NCBI GenBank assembly: GCA_944388035.1
Contig: CALXHF010000009.1
Location: forward strand, 1,147-65,146
Length of the DNA stretch: 64,000 bases
Source: an uncultured Clostridia bacterium
GTDB lineage: Bacteria > Bacillota > Clostridia > TANB77 > CAG-508
Direction of reading: 5' to 3'
Shown: positions 29,270 through 38,343 of the stretch, in pieces
Position numbering within the stretch: position 1 is the first letter of the stretch
How the letters are laid out: each line of letters starts with the position of its first letter
Made by a program: the position numbers and the translations under genes
Notes under the pieces: model-generated
What the model saw: the letters and a program-made list of their open reading frames with translations, nothing else
Told to the model about the DNA's origin: nothing
The model's database searches: none

Positions 29270-30362
29270 ATGAAATTAGGAATTGTAGGTCTTCCAAATG
29301 TAGGAAAGAGTACATTATTTAATAGTATTACTAAAGCTGGAGCAGAGTGTGCAAATTATCCTTTTTGTACAATTGAACCAAATGTAGGTGTTGTTCCTGT
29401 TCCAGATGAAAGGCTAGATGCTCTGGCTAAAATGTATAACCCAGAGAAAATAACACACGCTGTTATTGAATTTGTTGATATTGCAGGTTTAGTTAAAGGT
29501 GCTAGCAAAGGTGAAGGACTTGGTAATAAGTTTTTATCACATATTCGTGAGACAGATGCTATTTGTGAAGTTGTTAGATGCTTTAATGATAGTAATATTG
29601 TTCACGTAGATGGAAGTATTGATCCTGTTCGTGATATTGAAACTATTAATTTAGAATTAATTTTTGCTGATATAGAAACTGTAAATAAAAGATTAGATAA
29701 AGCAAGAAAGAATTTAAAGGCTAGTAAAAGTTACCAAGAAGAAGTTGATTTATTAGAAAGAATCAAAGAAAATTTAGAAAATGGAATTTCTGCAAGAGCA
29801 TTAGATTATAACGAAGATGAACAAAAATTAGTTAAAGATATGTTTTTATTAACAACAAAACCAATTCTTTACATTGCAAATATTTCTGAAGAGCAAATGG
29901 AAAATGCAGATAATGACCCACTTGTTCAAAAAGTTAAAGAATATGTTTCTAAAGAAAAAGCTGAAGTTATTCCTTTATGTGTTAAGATTGAAGAAGAACT
30001 ATCTGGACTTGATGATGATGATAAAAAAGAAATGCTTGATGCTTTAGGGTTAGAAGAATCTGGTTTAGATAAAGTTATTAAAAAATCATATGACTTATTA
30101 GGACTAATGTCATTTTTAACAGCTGGAGAGCCAGAAGTTAGAGCTTGGACAATAAAAAAAGGAACTAAAGCACCTCGGGGCTGCAGGTAAGATACACTCT
30201 GATATTGAAAGAGGTTTTATAAAAGCAGAAGTTATTTCTTTTGATGAATTAATGAAATGTGGAAGTATGGTTGTAGCTAAAGAAAAAGGGCTAGTTCGCC
30301 AAGAGGGAAAAGACTATATTATGCAAGATGGAGACATTGTTTTATTTAAGTTTAATGTGTAA
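29270..30362 (+). CDS. ychF: Obg-family ATPase YchF, requiring a +1 shift at CGG 30176-30178
   Basis: [22 protein letters not shown] and DIAGLV. The ORF stops at 30190, but the +1 frame supplies the conserved C-terminus [18 protein letters not shown]...[13 protein letters not shown] to 30362. Confidence 0.93.
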
Positions 30363-30561
30363 TATTTTTGTAATATAAATGTAAAATAAAATAGTAAAAA
30401 AACTATTGACGAATTATATTTTTAAGTATAAAATATTAAGTGAAAACAGATGAGGAATTTTATTATTTATATAATACTTGAAATATATTTTAATTTATGG
30501 TATAATAATCAGTGGTTATATAAATAATAATATTAAATTAGTAGTAGAGGAGAAATTAGTT

Positions 30562-30942
30562 ATGAACAAAACAAATTTATTAAAAGTATTTTTTATTTTA
30601 ATTTTAAGTGTAATGGTTATTTTAATAACAACTTCAGTTAATGCTGCAGAATTAAATGATATTTCAAACCAATTAATAAGCGGAAATACTTCAGGTTCTG
30701 GAAGTACAAATACTGCAGGAACAAATACTCAAACACCAACAAACACAAGTAGAACGAATACTTCTAACTTAAGTGGTAATAGAACTAATACTGCAAATAG
30801 AAATAATTCAAGCATTTACAATAATACAAATTTACCTAAAACAGGTATAGGAGATAGTCTTCCAATAGCTGCATTAGTTGTTGTATTTGGTATATCAGCT
30901 GTATATGCTTACAAAAAAATTAAAGATTATAGAAATATTTAG
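30562..30942 (+). CDS. Small secreted LPXTG-type sortase substrate
   Basis: Signal peptide, Thr/Asn/Ser-rich linker, LPKTG, TM helix and basic tail. ATG 30562 has RBS gaggag. Confidence 0.8.
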   Translation: MNKTNLLKVFFILILSVMVILITTSVNAAELNDISNQLISGNTSGSGSTNTAGTNTQTPTNTSRTNTSNLSGNRTNTANRNNSSIYNNTNLPKTGIGDSLPIAALVVVFGISAVYAYKKIKDYRNI

Positions 30943-30985
30943 TAATAAATTTTTTATATTATATATTTTAAAGAGTAGAGATTTT

Positions 30986-31633
30986 CTACTCTTTATTTTT
31001 ATTAATTGCTTTAATTATAATTCTATTATTATTTAAATTATTACAAGTAATAAGTGTAAGTGTTTTTTCATTTTTATTGTAATTGTAAATAGGAGAGAGG
31101 TCATTTTCTTTTACTTCATAATTTTCAGTTATTGCGTAAATATATTTAAAACCATTATTGTCATAAATATATATTTCATCATCTTTTTGGAGTTTATCTA
31201 TGTTACTAAAAAACATATTATTATTATAATTATGACCTGCTATACAAATATTAGTATTTTCACTTAAATTTGTACCATAAAGTTTACAAGGAGAAACTTT
31301 TAAATTTTCTTCAGAAAGAAAAGAAAAAACAGGGTAATAAATATTAATTTTTGGTATTTCAATAATACCAAAAATACTATTTTCTGATAAGTTTTCTGTT
31401 TTTTTATTTTTTTCATTACTTGAATATAGTGTACTAATATTGTAATTATTAATTATTTTTTTTGAGAAATTTTCAGATTTTTTTAAAGAATATAAGTAAT
31501 AAATAAAAAAACAAATAGCAAATACAGTTATTATTATTGAAATTATAAATTGTATTTTAAATGTTTTTTTATATTCTTTTTCTTTTTTATTATTAAATTT
31601 ATTATTAAAATTTGTAACTAAAATCTGGTTCAT
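30986..31633 (-). CDS. Sortase
   Basis: N-terminal TM helix, IEIPKI, AGHNY and LTLITC...R catalytic motifs. Confidence 0.9.
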   Translation of the reverse strand: MNQILVTNFNNKFNNKKEKEYKKTFKIQFIISIIITVFAICFFIYYLYSLKKSENFSKKIINNYNISTLYSSNEKNKKTENLSENSIFGIIEIPKINIYYPVFSFLSEENLKVSPCKLYGTNLSENTNICIAGHNYNNNMFFSNIDKLQKDDEIYIYDNNGFKYIYAITENYEVKENDLSPIYNYNKNEKTLTLITCNNLNNNRIIIKAINKNKE

Positions 31634-31767
31634 ATTTTTATTTTGTGTAATTTATTTAAAAATATAATTATTAAAAAGATAAAAATAAAGAAAAAAGTTC
31701 CAAAAAATCAAAAAAATATAGAAAAAATTAAAATCTTTAAAAATATTCTTGTCAAAAAAATGATATT

Positions 31768-33106
31768 TTGTTATTATATGTTATGGAAAGGAAGAAATCT
31801 ATGAAAGCTACAAAAGAACAAATAATTATAAAACGTAAGAAGAAAAATGTAAAAATTTTTCCAATATACAAGACAGTATCTTGGGATTTATTGTTTTATT
31901 TTCCAATAATATTTTTGTTCTTAACACAAGTAAAAGGCTTTTCAGCCTCACAAGTATTATTTGCAGATGCTTTTTATACTTTATCTAATACATTTTGGCA
32001 AATACCAGTAACAAGTGTTGTAGATAGAATAGGAAAAAAGAATTGTTTAATAATAGGAAATATTTTATATTCATTAAGTATTTTAGCAATGATTTTTATG
32101 AGAAATTATTATGAATTATTATTAATTCAATTTATATATGCTTTAGGATATTCTATAAAAGGAATATGTGAATCAAATATATTGTATGACTCATTGCCAT
32201 CAGGAAAGAAAAGGGGAAAAATATATTCAACAATAGATCGGAAAATCAGCTTCATATTTTTATATATTTGATGCAATATCATCTGTAATCGCAGGTTTTA
32301 CATTTACCATAAATGGATATATTCCAATGATATTATGTTTCTTATGTTGTATAGCTTGTACTGTTATTTCATTTAAATTTAGACATACAGAGCTAATAGA
32401 AGAAAAAGTAAAACCAGTAAGCTTAGCTGAATATTCAAAACAACTAAAAGGAGCTATTAAGTTTTTTGTAAAATCTGATAGAATAAAATTACTAATATTA
32501 TTAAATGCGTTGTTTTTAGGTTTAACTCTCGGAATAGTTAATTTAAGAAGTAGTATGTTGTCAGAAATGTATGTTCCAGAAGCGTATTTTGGAATTATAT
32601 TTGCAATTTTACAGTTAAGTGCTGCAATAACTGCAAGAAATAGTGAAAAAATACATAAAACATTTAGAAATAAAACACTAACATATCTAACATTACCAGT
32701 AACATTATCTTGTATGGTTGTCGGTTTTGTTGGAACAGATACATTATCAAAGTCATCACTTTTAGTAATAGTATTTATGTTTTTAATACAGTATGCAATA
32801 AAAGGACCATATAGAGCATTGATGTCAAGATACATTAATAATTTTACAAATAGAAATATTAGACCAAAGCTTACAGCACTAAATTATTTATTGTCAAATT
32901 TATTAACAGCAGGAATTTCATTATCTTGTTCATGGCTTTTAAGTATTACGACAACAGCAAATACATTTATGATAATAGGCTGTGTTACAACAATAATAGC
33001 AGTATTATTACTTGATTATATGAGAGGAAAAGTAGGATTAAAACCTGAACAATATAGTAAAGAAGATTTAAAATATAGTACATATAAACCAAAGAAAAAA
33101 GCCTAA
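31768..33106 (+). CDS. MFS transporter, split by a +1 shift at CGG 32239-32241
   Basis: The N half (QIPVTSVVDRIGKK, SGKKRGK) continues in +1 as IDGKSASYFYIFDAISSVIAG into ORF 32327..33106, giving a full-length hydrophobic protein. Confidence 0.8.
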
Positions 33107-33537
33107 GTAAAACTAGGCTTTATTTCTCTTTTATAAACTTTTGGTGTTACTTGGAATTTAATCTTAAAACATCTAAAATCAAATAATTCATTTTCATCTA
33201 AGCAATCTAAGTAAATATCTAATTCTTCTAAGTTTCGACAAGCAGAAATAATAATAGGGTTTAAATTATATTTAAAACTAAGCTCAAATGCTAAAGTTAT
33301 TGCTTTAAAAAAAGACTTATGTTCTTTATTTAAAACTAGATTTATAGTTTCTCTAAATCTAGAACTTATTGAGTGTTTAAATCTATCTAAATCTAAAATA
33401 TATTCTTTGTTAATTAAATCTTCTAAAGAAGAATATTTTTCTTTATTTTCACTATAAAATTTTTCTAAATCAGAATATTTATAAGGTAAATATGCTTTCT
33501 GGTCTTTTTCAGAAACAATTAAAATATCATTATCCAT
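33103..33537 (-). CDS. Hypothetical protein
   Basis: 144-aa ORF with RBS aggag. Confidence 0.7.
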   Translation of the reverse strand: MDNDILIVSEKDQKAYLPYKYSDLEKFYSENKEKYSSLEDLINKEYILDLDRFKHSISSRFRETINLVLNKEHKSFFKAITLAFELSFKYNLNPIIISACRNLEELDIYLDCLDENELFDFRCFKIKFQVTPKVYKREIKPSFT

Positions 33538-33700
33538 TTTGTACTCCTAGCAATAATTTATTTACTATTTTAATTATAACTTCTAAAATTATTTAAGTAA
33601 AGAAAAATAATGTTACATTTTTATTACATTTTATTGAAAAGAATTTTTCCATATGTTATATTAATATTAGGTTAAAACAAAAGAGGAAGGGAAAAGAAAA

Positions 33701-34318
33701 TTGTACAAACTTAGTGATTTTGAAAAATCTAGTAAACATTTATATAAAATAGGAAAATTTTTAAGTATCTGTATTTGTATTATTATAGTGTTTTTTCTTA
33801 TATTTAATGTAAGCTTAATAATAAAATCATATATAAATCCATCAGAAATACCAAACTTTTTCGGAATAAAAAGTTTTACAATTGTATCAGAAAGTATGAA
33901 GCCTAAAATTAATAAAGAAGATGTTATTTTTGTTAAAAATGTTGATAAAGACGAATTAGATGTAGGGGATATAATTTCATTTAAAACAGGTCAAATAATA
34001 AACACACATAGAATTATAAAAATAGAAAAACAAAATGGAGAAGATGTATATATAACAAAAGGTGATAATAATCAAAAAGAAGATAGAGGATATGTTAAAT
34101 TAAATGATATAGAAGGAAAGTATTTATTTAAAATACCAAATTTTGGAATAATAGCAGAAGTTCTAAAAAGTAAAATAACTTTAGTTATATTGTTAGTTAT
34201 TTTAGTTCTAATATCATATTACCAAGTAGTACTTACAAAAAGAAAATTAAAAAGAAAAGAAGAAAGATATGAATATAATAAAAAATTATTAAAAGAAAAT
34301 CAAAAAAAAGATAAATAA
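33701..34318 (+). CDS. Signal peptidase I, SipW/S26B type
   Basis: IVSESMKP, GDIISF, THRII and TKGDNN, with two TM helices. Confidence 0.88.
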   Translation: MYKLSDFEKSSKHLYKIGKFLSICICIIIVFFLIFNVSLIIKSYINPSEIPNFFGIKSFTIVSESMKPKINKEDVIFVKNVDKDELDVGDIISFKTGQIINTHRIIKIEKQNGEDVYITKGDNNQKEDRGYVKLNDIEGKYLFKIPNFGIIAEVLKSKITLVILLVILVLISYYQVVLTKRKLKRKEERYEYNKKLLKENQKKDK

Positions 34319-34337
34319 AATTAGGAGTTGATATATT

Positions 34338-35153
34338 TTGCATAAAGCAATTTTTATAGATATAGATGGAACATTAAGAAATGATGATAGAGAAGTAAGT
34401 TTCAGGACTAAAGAAGCAATTAAAAGTTTAAAAGAAAAAGGTATACTTGTAATTCTATGTTCAGGTAGGCCAATAAAAACAACATTAGAAATTAGTGAAG
34501 AAAGCTGTGCAAGCAACTATATTATCACATCAAACGGAGCATATGGATATAATTATATAGAAAATAAATGTATATTTAAAAACCCAATGAGAATAAATGA
34601 TTGCTTAGAAATATATAAAATAGCAAAAGAAAATAATGTTAATTTTATAATGAATACAGAAAAAGGTAGAATTGTTTTAAAGAAAACATTTAATAATAGT
34701 GATAAAATATTAGATGTTCCAATAGAAGAGTTTTTAAGTAAGACAGAAGTAATGCAATGTTTAATACAAGATACTTCATTTGAAAAAATTAAATCTTTAA
34801 AACCATTAATAGAAGAAATACAAAATGTAGAAATAAAAAATCAATCAAAAAGTCTTACAAATGTAAATATAAAACCTCGAGAAACAACATATTGTGATAT
34901 AGCAGATATAAAGACATCAAAAGGATATGGAATTAAAAAAATGTGTGAAAGCTTAAAAATAGATTTAAAAGATACTATATCTATCGGAGATGATTATAAT
35001 GATATTTCTATGTTTTTAGTAACAGGTTTTAGTGTAGCAATGGAAAATGCAAATAATGATGTTAAAAGTAAAGCAAAATATATAACAAAAAGTAATAATG
35101 ATGAAGGTGTTGCAGTGTTTCTAGAGAAGATATTAAAGGGGGAGATTTTGTGA
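34338..35153 (+). CDS. Cof-type HAD hydrolase
   Basis: DIDGTL, CSGRP, SKG, GDDYNDISM, AMENA. Confidence 0.92.
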   Translation: MHKAIFIDIDGTLRNDDREVSFRTKEAIKSLKEKGILVILCSGRPIKTTLEISEESCASNYIITSNGAYGYNYIENKCIFKNPMRINDCLEIYKIAKENNVNFIMNTEKGRIVLKKTFNNSDKILDVPIEEFLSKTEVMQCLIQDTSFEKIKSLKPLIEEIQNVEIKNQSKSLTNVNIKPRETTYCDIADIKTSKGYGIKKMCESLKIDLKDTISIGDDYNDISMFLVTGFSVAMENANNDVKSKAKYITKSNNDEGVAVFLEKILKGEIL

Positions 35154-35794
35154 TAGAAAAAGCTTTAGAAAATATTAAAGTATTATGCCATAGTTCAATT
35201 AAATTTGAAAAAGAAAAAACAATATATTTTGATCCATTTAAAATAGATAAAAATTATAATGATGCAGATATTATATTTATTACACATTCTCATTATGACC
35301 ATTTCTCAGAAGAAGATATATTAAAAGTAAAGCAAGAAACAACAAAAATAGTTATGCCAGAAGAAACATATATGAGTAATAAAGAAAAATTAAATCAAGT
35401 CTTAGGCTTTAACGAAGAAAACATTATTACTGTAGAACCAAATAAAGCTTATATTGTAGATAATATAAAATTTGATACAATCCCAGCATATAATGTAGAT
35501 AAAAACTTTCACCCAAAAGAAAATAAATGGGTTGGCTATATAATTTATTTAGATGATATTTCTTATTATATAGCAGGAGATACAGATATAACTAAAGAAA
35601 ATAAAAATGTTAAATGTGATGTAGCATATGTTCCAATAGGTGGAACATATACAATGACAGCTAAAGAAGCAGCAGAATTAGTAAATACTATTAAACCTAA
35701 AATAGCAGTTCCAACACATTATGGTTTAATAGTAGGAACAGAAGAAGACGAAGAGATATTTAGAAGTTTAGTTAGGGACATATCTTTAGGATAG
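35150..35794 (+). CDS. Metallo-beta-lactamase-fold hydrolase
   Basis: THSHYDH, FHPK, YIAGDTD, VPTHY. Confidence 0.9.
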   Translation: MIEKALENIKVLCHSSIKFEKEKTIYFDPFKIDKNYNDADIIFITHSHYDHFSEEDILKVKQETTKIVMPEETYMSNKEKLNQVLGFNEENIITVEPNKAYIVDNIKFDTIPAYNVDKNFHPKENKWVGYIIYLDDISYYIAGDTDITKENKNVKCDVAYVPIGGTYTMTAKEAAELVNTIKPKIAVPTHYGLIVGTEEDEEIFRSLVRDISLG

Positions 35795-37105
35795 TGTCCC
35801 TATTGCTCTTTTTAATTCTAAGAAACTTACTAAAAAATTAAATATTTCACTTACATATATTGCTATTACAAAACCTGTTATTCCAAGAATTGGTAGTAAG
35901 AAATATAGTATAGATATTGTGATTAATAAATCTAATATATTACATATCATAACATTAAATTGCCTATTCAATCCTTTTAACATATTATCTATTATATTAT
36001 CTAGATACATAAATAAAATTAGTGGAGCAAAGATTCTTATGTATTTTGCAGATTCTAGATTTTGATAAATAAAATAGCTCAAATTGTTTGAAAACACTAT
36101 ACATATTATTGTTATAAATATAGCGAATAAGGATGTTATTATAAATATTTTATTACTTACACCAATTATTCTTTTTTTATATCCATTTGCTTGTAAACTT
36201 GAAAATTCTGGCACTATTAATGAACTAAAAGAATTTATAAATACTGTTGGAAATAGAATAACTGGAAATGCCATACCTGTAATCCTACCATATTCTGATA
36301 ATGCTATTGTATATGGAAGCCCAAATAAAACAAGTCTATTTGGTACTATAAATTCTTTTAAGGTTGATAAACCAGAACGAATATATGAGGTTATAGAAAT
36401 TGGTAGTGTTATACTTAAGATTTTTTTCTTATAACGTATTCCTGTTATTTTATATCTTTTATTAAAAAAGCTTTTATCTATTTTATATAATATACTAAGT
36501 AGTGTAACAGAAAATATTTCTGATATTACATCTGCTAATATCAAAGAAATACATACACTTTCTACACTTTGTAATGGAAAATATTTTAATAATAAGACAC
36601 TTATAATTATTTTCACTATTAATTCTAATGTTTGTGATATTGCTGATTTGTATGCTTTTCTTACTGCACTAAAATAACCATTTATTACTGATGATATAGA
36701 AATACAAGGAAGTCCTATTGCTATTAAATAAAATGGAATTACTGATACTTTACTTCCTAACCAATTTATTGATATTATTTTTGATAATAATACTATTAAT
36801 AAACTACTTCCTAGTCCTAAAAAAACAGCAAATAAAGTACAACTTTTTACAGCTTTTAAACCTTCTTCATATTTTTCTTTTGCAAATTTTTGTGATACTA
36901 AATATGTACAAGCTATGCTAGGCCCAGATGTTGCAAGTGTTATAAAAAACATATAGACAGACATAACTAAAGAAAATACACCAACTGCTTCTGAGCCTAT
37001 TTTATTTGAAACATATATATTAAATACCATACTTATACTTCTTGTTATTAATGCTGTTATTGTAAGTATAAAACCATTTATTATGAATTTTTTAGTTCTT
37101 TTCAA
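35786..37105 (-). CDS. SpoVB-like MATE/polysaccharide flippase family protein
   Basis: Multi-TM protein with IGSEAVGVFSLV, GYFSA, ELIVK and DNMLKGL motifs. Confidence 0.8.
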   Translation of the reverse strand: MKRTKKFIINGFILTITALITRSISMVFNIYVSNKIGSEAVGVFSLVMSVYMFFITLATSGPSIACTYLVSQKFAKEKYEEGLKAVKSCTLFAVFLGLGSSLLIVLLSKIISINWLGSKVSVIPFYLIAIGLPCISISSVINGYFSAVRKAYKSAISQTLELIVKIIISVLLLKYFPLQSVESVCISLILADVISEIFSVTLLSILYKIDKSFFNKRYKITGIRYKKKILSITLPISITSYIRSGLSTLKEFIVPNRLVLFGLPYTIALSEYGRITGMAFPVILFPTVFINSFSSLIVPEFSSLQANGYKKRIIGVSNKIFIITSLFAIFITIICIVFSNNLSYFIYQNLESAKYIRIFAPLILFMYLDNIIDNMLKGLNRQFNVMICNILDLLITISILYFLLPILGITGFVIAIYVSEIFNFLVSFLELKRAIGTLS

Positions 37106-37341
37106 TAATATTCACCATTTAATTTTATTAAAAAGATTTTTAATATATTCTATAAATGTTGTTTTTTTATAAGCTTGAATACGAGAAAAATCTTAAATAA
37201 CGTTATATAAACGAAAAAAATTGAGAAAAAACTAAACCCAAAAATCTGAAATGTTTTTCATTTAAATAATAAAAATTAATATTTAATCTTTGTAACAATA
37301 TGTCGAAAAAAATTCTCTTTTCATATTATATATAAAGTAGT

Positions 37342-37942
37342 ATGAAAGGGGGAGTTTATTTGGAGTTAGTAGGAAAAAAGATAGGTTTTGTACTTACAGG
37401 TTCTTTTTGTACGTTTAAAAAGACTATTCCTAAAATTAAAGAATTAGTGGAAAAAGAAAAAGCAGAAATAATACCTATAATGTCATATAACAGTTATAAT
37501 TTAGATACAAAATTTGGAAAAGCAAAAGACTTTATATTGGAAATAGAAGAAATAACGAGAAAAGAAATAATTCATACAATACAAGGTGCAGAGCCAATAG
37601 GCCCAAAGAACATTACAGATATAATGGTAGTTGCACCGTGTTCACGGAAATACAATATCTAAACTTGCTTTAGATATAATAGATACGCCAAGCTTAATGG
37701 CTTGTAAAAGTCATTTAAGAAACGATAGACCTCTTGTAATTGCACCATCTACAAATAATGGTTTAAGTGGTAATGCTGAAAATATTGGTAAATTATTAAA
37801 TAGAAGAAATTATTATTTTGTACCTTTTAGACAAGACAACCCAATTACTAAGCCAAAGTCTATTGTATTTGATGAAAATTATTTGATTAAAACAATTAAA
37901 TTTGCATTAGATAAAGAGCAAATAAGTCCAATTTTATTATAA
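37342..37942 (+). CDS. spoVFB: Dipicolinate synthase subunit B, split by a +1 shift at CGG 37645-37647
   Basis: IGFVLTGSFCT and AEPIGPK, then APCS[G]NTISKLA...KSHLRNDRPLVIA...FVPFRQDNPITKP in the +1 frame. Confidence 0.9.
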
Positions 37943-38061
37943 ATTTTATAAACTAAAGGAAAAGTTTTAGAACTTTTCTTTTTAGGTTTATTAAATTTTA
38001 AACCGTAAATTACTTGACTAAAGTATAAAAAAATGATATAAATAAAAAAGTGCAAAATATT

Positions 38062-38136
38062 GGCCCCTTGGTCAAGCGGTTAAGACGCCACCCTCTCAAG
38101 GTGGAATCATGGGTTCGATTCCCGTAGGGGTCACCA
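38062..38136 (+). tRNA. tRNA-Glu(CTC)
   Basis: Acceptor GGCCCCT/AGGGGTC, anticodon arm CCACC-CTCTCAA-GGTGG, T loop TTCGATT, encoded CCA. Confidence 0.95.
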
Positions 38137-38154
38137 AATAAAATATAAATTATT

Positions 38155-38280
38155 ATTAAAAGGGAGTAGCTTTAAATTACTAATCAACAGTCGCGATTAA
38201 AAAATCTGGTTAGTAAGCTAAATAAAATTTAGTTAGCAAGACTTTTAAAAAAGAATTTTCTTTTTAGAAGTCTTTTTTCT
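38155..38280 (+). promoter_or_regulatory. yybP-ykoY (Mn2+) riboswitch with terminator
   Basis: AAAAGGGAGTAGC...GTCG...TTAGCAAGACTTTT core, then hairpin agactttt...agaagtct and a T tract, directly upstream of a P-type ATPase. Confidence 0.8.
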
Positions 38281-38343
38281 TTTTTTCTTGTTAAAAATAA
38301 GAAAAAGTGTAATAATAAAGAAGAAAGCAAAAATAGAGAAGGA

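Noticed and set aside
38062-38136. Candidate frameshift-suppressor tRNA within the window
   Set aside because: tRNA-Glu(CTC) and both tRNA-Thr forms have normal 7-nt anticodon loops; no tRNA-Gly or tRNA-Arg is present in this window.
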